In this document: one piece after another, positions 22,981-31,535 of the stretch
Layout: each line of letters starts with the position of its first letter
Position numbering within the stretch: the stretch's first letter is position 1
Source: a virus
DNA length: 64,000 nt
Direction: 5' to 3' (one strand)
Virus record (IMG/VR): IMGVR_UViG_3300037961_002813
Coordinates: 1-64,000 of that record
Program-made: the position numbers and the translations under genes
Notes under the pieces: generated by a model
What the model was told of the DNA's origin: nothing
The model's input: the letters and a program-made list of their open reading frames with translations, nothing else
Databases searched by the model: none

Positions 22981-24104
22981 TGACAGGAAATCCATTATCG
23001 GGGCATACAAACCACAATATGACACTTAGCGGAACGGCTCAACCGGTAGACGGTTTAGCAGATGGTGACCATATAACATCACCTACACTAACTAATTTGC
23101 TAGAAGGTATACACGGAAATGGTATTATCTTAGAAGAAGATACTGCTAAAACTGCGAGTAACAGATTACAGCCGGAAAATCTACCCGGTATATGTGAAAG
23201 AACGGGTAATAATACTTTTACTGTTAAAGGTGGTCTTGCTGTTTTAGATGGATTAATTTACACATTTGCAGGTGGTGTAGGAAGTAGTGCTACATACACA
23301 ATTACTCAAGCAAATACCGAAGGTAGTAATACACCTTTAATAAGTGGACAAGAAGCGTTAGTTGTTGTATATCTATCTGCCAACTCCGGTACTAATCATG
23401 TAAAGATGGAGATGGGAACAGCGAGTACAGTAAGCACTAATCTATATCCTACAACACCACATGCGTTTCTAAATAACCCATCCGGTACTAGTAATGACCA
23501 AAGTGTAGTGCTGTGTGTCTTAAGAGTAATTTATAGCGGTAGTGGTGGTGATTTGAATGTAAATATAACCGAGGTAAATGATAAAAGAATATTCATAAGA
23601 AACTCACCAATTTACTTTACACCACTTACAACAAACAATGTTGGTGACCCACAAGCAATAGACTCACACACTGATTTAGATGCATTCCATACAGGAACAG
23701 GTGCAGGTAGTTTTTCAGCAACTAGACTAGGTGGATTATGGTTGAGTTATGGTTCACAACTCTCAAGCACTACCGCAGGTGACTTGTTCAAAAATGTGCT
23801 TTATTTTAGCGGCTCAAGCGGTGGCAGATATACTCGCTCGGTGTTCGATAGAGTGCTAACTACAGCATTAACATCACTTACAATCTCATCAGCAGATGCA
23901 AATATACTAATTCTAACAGCAAGAAGCGGAACATGTGTTATATCTACAACAGGCACATTCCCTACCGGCTACATAGTAGAAATAAAAAATCAAGATACAG
24001 GCGACACTGCTACTTTCGCAGGTGAAACTATAGCCGCAAGCGGGTATGGTAGATTCGTATGCGTAACAGGTGGCACGAGTCCGACATTTGTAAGACTGAT
24101 ATGA
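22977..24104 (+). CDS. putative tail fibre/structural protein
   Basis: 375 aa T/G/S-rich; GAGGTGA SD; DKRIFIR motif; last gene of + strand module. Confidence 0.5.
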   Translation: MMTGNPLSGHTNHNMTLSGTAQPVDGLADGDHITSPTLTNLLEGIHGNGIILEEDTAKTASNRLQPENLPGICERTGNNTFTVKGGLAVLDGLIYTFAGGVGSSATYTITQANTEGSNTPLISGQEALVVVYLSANSGTNHVKMEMGTASTVSTNLYPTTPHAFLNNPSGTSNDQSVVLCVLRVIYSGSGGDLNVNITEVNDKRIFIRNSPIYFTPLTTNNVGDPQAIDSHTDLDAFHTGTGAGSFSATRLGGLWLSYGSQLSSTTAGDLFKNVLYFSGSSGGRYTRSVFDRVLTTALTSLTISSADANILILTARSGTCVISTTGTFPTGYIVEIKNQDTGDTATFAGETIAASGYGRFVCVTGGTSPTFVRLI

Positions 24105-24269
24105 TTACTTCATAGCGGAGTCTTGCCAAAAGTGACCGCACTTACGACACTGTAATAGAGTGATTCTTTTTCTATCATCATCAAGATAACGAGCCGATAA
24201 TCTTCGTGCGATATGCCTGTGACTACAGGCTCTACACTTGACCTTTAGCCTATCAAGTAAACGACCCAT
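24105..24269 (-). CDS. 54-aa C4 zinc-ribbon protein, TFS/TFIIS C-terminal-like (not in ORF track)
   Basis: Manual translation MGRLLDRLKVKCRACSHRHIARRLSARYLDDDRKRITLLQCRKCGHFWQDSAMK*; starts 3 nt after thermosome stop; CxxC-x25-CxxCGHxW with acidic tip. Confidence 0.7.
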   Translation of the reverse strand: MGRLLDRLKVKCRACSHRHIARRLSARYLDDDRKRITLLQCRKCGHFWQDSAMK

Positions 24270-24271
24270 GC

Positions 24272-25774
24272 TTACTCCAACGGCCTTCTTGCTACTATGT
24301 CATCTATCCTTAGAATAGAGTTAGTGACTTCACTTGCACTTAGAACTGCTTGCTTGATTAATTCTGTAGGTTCAAAGACACCTAGAGCAGAAAGGTCAGT
24401 TACGCCCCCATCCTCTACATTCGGTCCATAATTAGTATTACCACGCAGTATCTCATGTCGCATAGCAAGTATGGTATCTAGTGGGTCATGTCCGGCATTC
24501 TCCGATATAGTAGCAGGGATTACCTCAAGTGCGTCAGCGAAGGCTTCTATTGCCATCTGCGCCCTACCCCCTATTTGAGCCGCATGTTGTCGCAAATGTG
24601 CCGCCATACGAGCGTATGCGATACCACCACCCACGACAAAGTTGTTATTCTTTAACACTAAAGATACTACACCAAGTGCATCATCAAATCCTCTCTCTAC
24701 TTCATCAAGTGTATGACTTGTTGCACCACGAAGAACTAAAGATGCTTCGCTGTGTTTGTTGTCACTAGATACGAATAGATACCAAACATCATTGTGTTTC
24801 TGTCTTGATACAGTCGCCTTGCTTGCTGACTCTACTTCTTCGGGTGTTTGACACACTACACTATCAGTAACCTTCGATAATGCCTTTAGAGTAGATTCCG
24901 GTGTATGTCTAACTACCATAATATTATTCTTCTTAAGATAAGCACATACATGGTCATTGACTTTATCACGAACAAACACTACACCACCGTTAGGTAATAC
25001 ATCTACTATGTTCTTCGCAAGAGAAATAAGATTTGTTTTACCGGATGCTTTGTAAGTTTGATATGACTTAGCATCTAGTTGTACCTGTACATTGTCCTCA
25101 CTCTTTTCATTTTCAAGTCCTGTGTTGATTAGTAGCACATCAGTATAACCATCTTCTCCATCTAACACATAGTCCTTATTGACAATGACACCTTCATACA
25201 AATAAGAATCCTCTAGTGAACCTCCGGGGAATGATACCACCTTTACACTTTCAGCATCACCGGCAGTTTCTACTGCTGATACACATAGTTCAGCCACCGT
25301 ATCTATTGCGTTCTCCAATGTCTTACCTGTGATAGCCGTCTTTGCTACTGAAACTAAGACATCTCTTTTCTTACTTGATTGAGAAATTTCAGCCTTAAGA
25401 TAATTTACAGCCATTTGAGTTGCTTCATGGTAACCACGACATATCACATTCGGGTGTAACCCACGCTCGAACAAAGCCTCACTGTTAGCCAACAATTGAC
25501 CGGCTAGTATAACTGTGCTAGTAGTACCATCATAACACAAACTCTCTTGCGTCTTTGCTACCTCTACAATCATCTTACCACCCGGATGAGACACATCAAG
25601 TTCACGCAAGATAGTAGCCCCATCGTTAGTAACGATGACATTACCACCACCGTCTAACATTAGTTTGTCCATACCCATAGGGCCGAGTGTAGACTTTACC
25701 GTTTCCGATACAATTTTTGCCGCCCTTATGTTGTGTATCTGTGCTTTACTTTTACCGTTATCTATTTCTGCCAT
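24272..25774 (-). CDS. ths: thermosome subunit (group II chaperonin)
   Basis: STLGPMGMDKLM, VTNDGATILRE, DGTTS, ERGLHP, VVGGG, ILRIDD motifs; start at 25774 TAATG-coupled to upstream gene. Confidence 0.95.
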   Translation of the reverse strand: MAEIDNGKSKAQIHNIRAAKIVSETVKSTLGPMGMDKLMLDGGGNVIVTNDGATILRELDVSHPGGKMIVEVAKTQESLCYDGTTSTVILAGQLLANSEALFERGLHPNVICRGYHEATQMAVNYLKAEISQSSKKRDVLVSVAKTAITGKTLENAIDTVAELCVSAVETAGDAESVKVVSFPGGSLEDSYLYEGVIVNKDYVLDGEDGYTDVLLINTGLENEKSEDNVQVQLDAKSYQTYKASGKTNLISLAKNIVDVLPNGGVVFVRDKVNDHVCAYLKKNNIMVVRHTPESTLKALSKVTDSVVCQTPEEVESASKATVSRQKHNDVWYLFVSSDNKHSEASLVLRGATSHTLDEVERGFDDALGVVSLVLKNNNFVVGGGIAYARMAAHLRQHAAQIGGRAQMAIEAFADALEVIPATISENAGHDPLDTILAMRHEILRGNTNYGPNVEDGGVTDLSALGVFEPTELIKQAVLSASEVTNSILRIDDIVARRPLE

Positions 25775-26379
25775 TACCAATCAACCTCTATTTTATTTAT
25801 CTCGCCTGTTTCTAAATTTCTCGAATTAATATAACCCTCACTTTTTCCAAAATTATACAAGTCGAATGTAAGTTGTGCATCGCTCAAGCAGTACTTAGCA
25901 ACATCGTCGTACTGTCCTGCTCTCCATGCAATAGGTGCATCTTCGCTGTTCATTAACTTATTGTCCTCTAAAGTGGTCTTTATCAATATTCCTAATGATG
26001 TATCCACTTTACCAACTGATACAGCCGCCCTTTGTATGAGGTGTTTAGTATCTATGACACTATCAGCCTTACCTAACAAATCACCGGCTGTCCAACAGTC
26101 TAGGGCATCCCGTAGTACAGGTAAATCGAATCCTTTGATATTATGACCTATGATTACTCCACCTTTCTCTACATGCTTTGCTAAGTCATCACCTAGTGTT
26201 CTAGGGTGTAATGCCTTTACAGTAGCATCTATGTCTAAACTTTTGTTACAGTAAACTGTAGCATCTTGACCATCCCATGTGGCTACTACAGTTGGGTCAA
26301 ACGATGCGGTTTTATCCCAACCACCTATCTCCCAAGAGAAATTACTTGTTTCAATATCTAATGCTAATATGTCACTCAT
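25774..26379 (-). CDS. DEDD/RNase H-like 3'-5' exonuclease (YprB/RNase_H_2-like)
   Basis: LDIETS (ExoI), GHNIKGFDLPVL (ExoII), YCLSD (ExoIII); likely start MSDIL at 26379. Confidence 0.8.
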   Translation of the reverse strand: MSDILALDIETSNFSWEIGGWDKTASFDPTVVATWDGQDATVYCNKSLDIDATVKALHPRTLGDDLAKHVEKGGVIIGHNIKGFDLPVLRDALDCWTAGDLLGKADSVIDTKHLIQRAAVSVGKVDTSLGILIKTTLEDNKLMNSEDAPIAWRAGQYDDVAKYCLSDAQLTFDLYNFGKSEGYINSRNLETGEINKIEVDW

Positions 26380-27775
26380 AATTCTTCGCACCCTTTCTAC
26401 GGAAATAAACTCTCCCACCACTCTTCTTGATGTTAAACAACCCATTAGCGTAATCTTTAATGTGCCTTCTTACAGTGCTTTTCGATACTCCGGTCATGTT
26501 CATGTATTGAGCCTCGAATGAAGATTGCCTTCTCCATCCATCACCTTGTCCTTCTATTTCATAGCCCGTACAATCATCATATACTTTCAAGAAATCTTCT
26601 TGAATTTTATTCTCTTTAGACTTGTTAGAGTTAATCTCTACCGAATCTTCTAACCAAGATATTAAATTTTTAAATAAGTCTAAAAGTACATCAAAAGCCA
26701 TGTCTACATGTTGTGCTGTAATAGTCCACTTCTTATCTAATACAGCCATGTGAAGTGATATGATTGCCAAATAGTTTTCAATAGCAGGTGTAAAAGATGC
26801 TACGATTTCGGACATACTTGCTGACATGTTCCTCAATAAATCAAACACTTCATCACTTGCTTGATACAACGCAGTTTCATAGTCATCATCTGCACTGAAC
26901 ATATCCCACATGTATTGTTGTGCTATCTCTTCTTGTTCTTCACGATTCATTTCTGTCCATTGTGTAAATGTTAATTCTGCAAAGTTGAGTAATCTATCTC
27001 TTACTCTCTTTTCAGTGTCTTTAAAATAATCATATATGTCATCCTTAGTTAAATCTGTTTCAATTGGTTTCTTCCAAAAAGTTCCAAGTCTCGTATTACT
27101 TACTTCTTGTCGCATATCCATATCCCAATGCGACCAATAAAGTAATACACGCTGAAAAATACCTTTGGTGAGTACATATTCCTTTACACCCTTTGGGGGG
27201 TAAGTAGTAATCCACAATGAAACTAAAGATTCACATTTAATTATATCACCCTTCATTGGTTTAGTCAATATGTTACCACCGCTACCTACAGCGTTACAAG
27301 CAGTTTGTAAGTAGAGTACAGTTTCTTGAGAATGTTTACCGGGATTTAGAATAATAGAACCTTCATCTACATTCAGTCCCTTCTTACCCGATAGTAGACC
27401 GTCAATTTTTTCAGTTTCTCCGGTAGGTTTGTTGTTCTCATCAAGCACAGGTTTGTTAGAACCTATCAACCCTGCGTCTGTACCTGTGGAATATAATTCA
27501 TAATCTAGTTCAGCCTCCTTCATTACATCCCCAATAAAGTTCCATGCTACCGATTTACCTGTTCTTGAAGGTTGAATCCAAAATACATGCACTCTAGGGT
27601 CAAGGTGCGTATCTCCTGTAGGTATTCTTACATAAGGAAGTAGTGCTTGTCCTTGTATGAAAAAGAATGATAGTAAACCCGGTATCTCATTCTTCATTGA
27701 AGTTTGAGAAAAGTGATGTAGATATGCTTCTAATGTGTCAAATTTCTTGACCGCTTGATAATTTTTATAATTCAT
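26372..27775 (-). CDS. mcm: MCM-like AAA+ helicase (minimal, C-terminal wHTH)
   Basis: HVFWIQPSRTGKS Walker A, STGTDAGLIG and GLLSG..GLNVDE (MCM-like box/Walker B), GIFQR arginine-finger region; C-terminal helical-turn segment (TGVSKSTVRRHI). Confidence 0.65.
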   Translation of the reverse strand: MNYKNYQAVKKFDTLEAYLHHFSQTSMKNEIPGLLSFFFIQGQALLPYVRIPTGDTHLDPRVHVFWIQPSRTGKSVAWNFIGDVMKEAELDYELYSTGTDAGLIGSNKPVLDENNKPTGETEKIDGLLSGKKGLNVDEGSIILNPGKHSQETVLYLQTACNAVGSGGNILTKPMKGDIIKCESLVSLWITTYPPKGVKEYVLTKGIFQRVLLYWSHWDMDMRQEVSNTRLGTFWKKPIETDLTKDDIYDYFKDTEKRVRDRLLNFAELTFTQWTEMNREEQEEIAQQYMWDMFSADDDYETALYQASDEVFDLLRNMSASMSEIVASFTPAIENYLAIISLHMAVLDKKWTITAQHVDMAFDVLLDLFKNLISWLEDSVEINSNKSKENKIQEDFLKVYDDCTGYEIEGQGDGWRRQSSFEAQYMNMTGVSKSTVRRHIKDYANGLFNIKKSGGRVYFRRKGAKNYE

Positions 27776-27787
27776 ACTAACACCCTA

Positions 27788-27815
27788 CATTTCTTAATTG
27801 GTTTATATATCATTT
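27788..27815 (-). promoter_or_regulatory. conserved TATA promoter motif copy 1
   Basis: Minus strand AAATGATATATAAACCAATTAAGAAATG just upstream of 27775 start. Confidence 0.8.
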
Positions 27816-28517
27816 ACTTCGCCTCACTTTTCTTTCTTGTCTTACCGGTTCTTCACTTGTTAATACTTTAATAATTAAATTTCTTCTCACTTCGCCAAGC
27901 CCTTTAATTTGTTTTAACGATTCGGGGAAGCACATCTCTTCTATACTGCCGCACTTCTCAAGTATCCTTTCTGCCATTTCACGACCTATACCCGGTATAG
28001 TCATGATAATATCTAAGCGTAAATCGTTACTACCTACTCTACGAATCGTTTGCGCCCCATGCTTACTAGCGGGTTTATGCAACTTATCATGTAACTTGAC
28101 TATGAATTGTGCCGCTTCGCTTGTAGTATTAGTATAGAATACTTGGCAATCAAAGTCGGCCATTATTCTTGCCATAAAACCTGTAAATGTTTCTTGTAGT
28201 TTGGATATGGGTATGTTAGCATTGAATTGTTCTCTTATGAATCTAGCATGTTTACTTATATCCCCATGCACTACAAGAAAGAATCTTTCATAATTAGCAT
28301 CCATATTATCTAATTGTCTTTGTAGATGTCCATTAAACATAGATTGGTAGAAGTCTGTTACACTCTTGGCTTCTACTAATGCGCCACCTAGTTTGTAATC
28401 ACCTACTACCAATGACTGTCTAATCACAGTCATACCTGCGCTTTTAGCCCTTCTTTCGACAGCCTCACAAAGAATACCTCTTTCGTTACTATCAATAATT
28501 AAATCAATCTTTACCAT
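27810..28517 (-). CDS. ERCC4/XPF-family endonuclease with HhH (Hef/resolvase-like)
   Basis: IIDSNE, LVVGDY, LVEAKSVTDF..S..NGHLQRQL ERCC4 motifs; HhH IPGIGREMA and IKGLGEVR. Confidence 0.85.
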   Translation of the reverse strand: MVKIDLIIDSNERGILCEAVERRAKSAGMTVIRQSLVVGDYKLGGALVEAKSVTDFYQSMFNGHLQRQLDNMDANYERFFLVVHGDISKHARFIREQFNANIPISKLQETFTGFMARIMADFDCQVFYTNTTSEAAQFIVKLHDKLHKPASKHGAQTIRRVGSNDLRLDIIMTIPGIGREMAERILEKCGSIEEMCFPESLKQIKGLGEVRRNLIIKVLTSEEPVRQERKVRRSK

Positions 28518-28779
28518 TACTTTCACCTTGTTTTTTATGTTGAGCGCAATAATCATCTAAAGTTAATTTTCTACAGCGTTTACCTGTACCTTTAGATATA
28601 CCTTTACAAAAGAATTTGTCCGGTAAATTATCCTTATCATTTACACATGTGAAACATAAGTTAAGTGCTTTACCTCTTCTTTTTTTATTAACTGCTTTCA
28701 TTCCTTTACCACAATTTACACACTTAGATGCGTGAATTGTGTGTTGTTTTTCAAAATACTTATCAAATATATTACTCAT
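28504..28779 (-). CDS. small zinc-finger protein
   Basis: CVNC, CFTC, C..KGTGKRC...YCAQH; likely start MSNIF. Confidence 0.6.
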   Translation of the reverse strand: MSNIFDKYFEKQHTIHASKCVNCGKGMKAVNKKRRGKALNLCFTCVNDKDNLPDKFFCKGISKGTGKRCRKLTLDDYCAQHKKQGESNGKD

Positions 28780-29857
28780 TCCAATCTCCACTTCCATCAT
28801 AAAATTTACATTTCCCAATACAGAATCCTTCATCATACAAAGTAGTACATGTAGCGTGAGGGTAACCTGCCATAACTATACTAGCAACTTGGTGTTCTGT
28901 AACCTCGCTCTTGTAATCAACCCAATTTTGCCCTGCACAAAATTTAGATATAATTTTTACATGCTTTTCTTTTTCTTCATTAGATATTTTCCAAGCAGGG
29001 AAGAACATACGAAATCTATCTGCTAAGTAAGAAACCAAATGGAATCTTGCACGATGGGTAGGATTGCCCCCACCCAATGCCGCTTGTGACAAACACGGAA
29101 GTATAACTATATCATCTAAATACACAGTTGGTATCTCAATAGGTTTGATGTCACGCATCGTCATTAGTTTACTTTGTATTACTTTAAATTGTAATTTATT
29201 TTCTCCTAGCGGTTTGTAACCCGATTGACTTTCCTGTGCTATATCCATGTAATAATCAAAGTCACCACTCAAAATATCGTTGCTGTCTAACGGTATAGAC
29301 CAACACTCTCTCCTTGCATTGTAAGAATTAGGTATGCGTATCATACCGCTTGTATCAAATGCTACAGTAGGGTCATTACATCGTAGAGTACCTATCTTCT
29401 TTTCCCATGAATTCACAAGCACTCTACCCGAATGCTTTATTCTCGATAACTCATTACCGTTCTTCGGATTGAGTGTTTCATCTATAGGTATCCATACATG
29501 GAATCCGCCACCACTAAACCATACATAATGTAAGATGTTATCTTCTAGTAGCATCTTATGTAATCGTTTTACTTCTTCATGTGGTTTCTCAAACTCGACA
29601 TCTTCTCCACCGCTTTTGAAATCTTTACAATCAAAGTCCATCACAAAGTGATGTATCAAAGGAGTGTTGTAGTCTACTCTATGATGTTTAGGTGCTTTAG
29701 TCTTAGTATAACCATAAGCGGTAAAGTATACATTACCACTACCGTTCTTACCACGCCAATATCTTTCTAACTCATTTGCATCATGAACTATTCTACGCCA
29801 ACCTCTAGCACCATTACTTGGTAATTCGAGTACTTCCCTCGGGAAGTCTATTGGCAC
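28772..29857 (-). CDS. priS: archaeo-eukaryotic primase, PriS catalytic domain fused to PriL-CTD-like Fe-S domain
   Basis: MDFD, FSGGGFHVW, D...MIRIPNSYN AEP motifs; C-terminal LPC...H.AR..L...YPHATC......FCIGKC cysteines. Confidence 0.85.
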   Translation of the reverse strand: MPIDFPREVLELPSNGARGWRRIVHDANELERYWRGKNGSGNVYFTAYGYTKTKAPKHHRVDYNTPLIHHFVMDFDCKDFKSGGEDVEFEKPHEEVKRLHKMLLEDNILHYVWFSGGGFHVWIPIDETLNPKNGNELSRIKHSGRVLVNSWEKKIGTLRCNDPTVAFDTSGMIRIPNSYNARRECWSIPLDSNDILSGDFDYYMDIAQESQSGYKPLGENKLQFKVIQSKLMTMRDIKPIEIPTVYLDDIVILPCLSQAALGGGNPTHRARFHLVSYLADRFRMFFPAWKISNEEKEKHVKIISKFCAGQNWVDYKSEVTEHQVASIVMAGYPHATCTTLYDEGFCIGKCKFYDGSGDWNE

Positions 29858-29870
29858 GAATGGGATAAAA

Positions 29871-30167
29871 TCACCTCATCGAGTAAATTTGTTTATCCAC
29901 TTCTTCCTTCAACTCTTTGTATGTTCCAACAATATTTTCAGCGTTAAGTAAAGTAGGATGGATGTCAAAGATAATTTCCTTTGGGTGTTTTACTACCATA
30001 GATTCATCTATATCCATTCCAAATTCATCGAGCGTAGTTTGGCGCATAGTCCTCACTTGCCAAGATGAACTTCTTAATCCTCTCGATAGGTTTACTTTAA
30101 CACTTACATTAAGCACCCCTACATATTCATTCAATACTGCTTCCATCAATAATATATTTGCATTCAT
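29871..30167 (-). CDS. hypothetical protein with PIP-box (QTTLDEF)
   Basis: 98 aa in replication block; contains QxxLxxF. Confidence 0.55.
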   Translation of the reverse strand: MNANILLMEAVLNEYVGVLNVSVKVNLSRGLRSSSWQVRTMRQTTLDEFGMDIDESMVVKHPKEIIFDIHPTLLNAENIVGTYKELKEEVDKQIYSMR

Positions 30168-30170
30168 TTT

Positions 30171-31175
30171 TCATACCTCTATTTTGTCTAATACTTCATC
30201 CGTTAGTGACCAAAACTCACAATGTTCTTGATAGTCACACCAATTACATTTTAGTTTCTGTTCTTCTAATGGAATACCCTCTTTCAATCTCCCCATAAAA
30301 GGAGTAGGTGGAAACTCCATATCTATGTGGGCTTTTACTAATTTAACTAATTCTTTTTCCGTTGCACCAACTTTTCTAACACCTTCGTAATATATAGTTG
30401 GCCCTACACCACCGTTGATGCCACCGCCCGGAAACTCCCATCCCCAATGTGTGATAGGAAGGAACTCTTCGTGTGGGCTGTGGTCTAACATCATTTTGTA
30501 AAATGCCATTTCTTTTCTCATTGAATTAACTTTATACTTATTGTATTTACCTGTCTTTAACTCCATCAAAGCGAAGCCGCCTTCTCCTGTAGCAAACAGT
30601 GTATCAATAAATCCGTTCATGTGAATGGGTATCTGTTCACCGTCTACTGTTACAAAGCGTGTAGACTGAATGTTGGCTTCTATACCAACAGGTCGCCAAT
30701 ACCTACCGTCAGTGCTTTTCAATCGTAAGAACTGCCAACGCAACCACTGTTCTATTTGCTCATCTTCACCGAACTCATAAGGTGATGGAGGGGTAGGAAC
30801 AACACTGAAAAACAATTTCATCGCTTCCCTTTCCTGTCCTTCATGAATTAAATTTAACACTGAATCTTCCTGTTCTCTAGTGAAGTTAGCCCAAAACCAC
30901 TCCATCATATCGTGAACATTGAGTCCTCTAATGTGATGGTCTACTTGTTCTCCACGCAATCCTTTGAACTTCTCAAGGTAATACTGCTGTGGACACCAAC
31001 CGAATGTACCAATGCTTGACTTAGTTACCCTTAGAATAGAACCATCTTGTAGACTAGGATTCCATGCGTATGTGCTACGCTTATAGGATTCAGCCTCAAG
31101 TTCATTACCTGTTTCTTTTAGGTAATCTTCTATCTTAGGGCGAGGACTATCATCACCATTGGGGTTATATCTCAC
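30171..31175 (-). CDS. Cas4/AddB-like PD-(D/E)XK exonuclease
   Basis: CPQQYY...RGLNVH...GFID...MELKTG...CNWCDYQEHC (1+3 Cys Fe-S staple pattern). Confidence 0.8.
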   Translation of the reverse strand: MRYNPNGDDSPRPKIEDYLKETGNELEAESYKRSTYAWNPSLQDGSILRVTKSSIGTFGWCPQQYYLEKFKGLRGEQVDHHIRGLNVHDMMEWFWANFTREQEDSVLNLIHEGQEREAMKLFFSVVPTPPSPYEFGEDEQIEQWLRWQFLRLKSTDGRYWRPVGIEANIQSTRFVTVDGEQIPIHMNGFIDTLFATGEGGFALMELKTGKYNKYKVNSMRKEMAFYKMMLDHSPHEEFLPITHWGWEFPGGGINGGVGPTIYYEGVRKVGATEKELVKLVKAHIDMEFPPTPFMGRLKEGIPLEEQKLKCNWCDYQEHCEFWSLTDEVLDKIEV

Positions 31176-31405
31176 TCATTCAACTCCCTTAGTAAATCTA
31201 CTATTTCTTTTCTGTTAGCGTGTTTTTTGTAATCTTGAATAAGACGCTCAACATATACTGATGCATCCATCAACTCTTCCTGTAAATGCGTAAGCCACTC
31301 TACGATATTCAAATCTGTTCTTTCCATAGTTACACCGTACTTGGCTTTGCCAACTTTCGCTCTAGCCTGTATTTTCTTACATACTTCATCTTCATGTTTA
31401 CTCAT
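31172..31405 (-). CDS. small all-alpha protein, possible MazG-like NTP pyrophosphatase fold
   Basis: KYGVTMERTDL...WLTHLQEELMDASVY, EExxD motif. Confidence 0.45.
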   Translation of the reverse strand: MSKHEDEVCKKIQARAKVGKAKYGVTMERTDLNIVEWLTHLQEELMDASVYVERLIQDYKKHANRKEIVDLLRELNE

Positions 31406-31414
31406 CTTATCACC

Positions 31415-31531
31415 TCAATCAATTAAATCTAAAAATAATTCAGCCTCAACCCTTGCTTCTTCTGCACATCTTTTACAATTATATTTACCTTCAAATTCCG
31501 GTCTACATCTCATAGGGGTTTTGCACTTCAT
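31415..31531 (-). CDS. 38-aa Cys-rich microprotein (not in ORF track)
   Basis: MKCKTPMRCRPEFEGKYNCKRCAEEARVEAELFLDLID*; GGTGA SD; fills the gap between PolB and next gene. Confidence 0.55.
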   Translation of the reverse strand: MKCKTPMRCRPEFEGKYNCKRCAEEARVEAELFLDLID

Positions 31532-31535
31532 TTTA

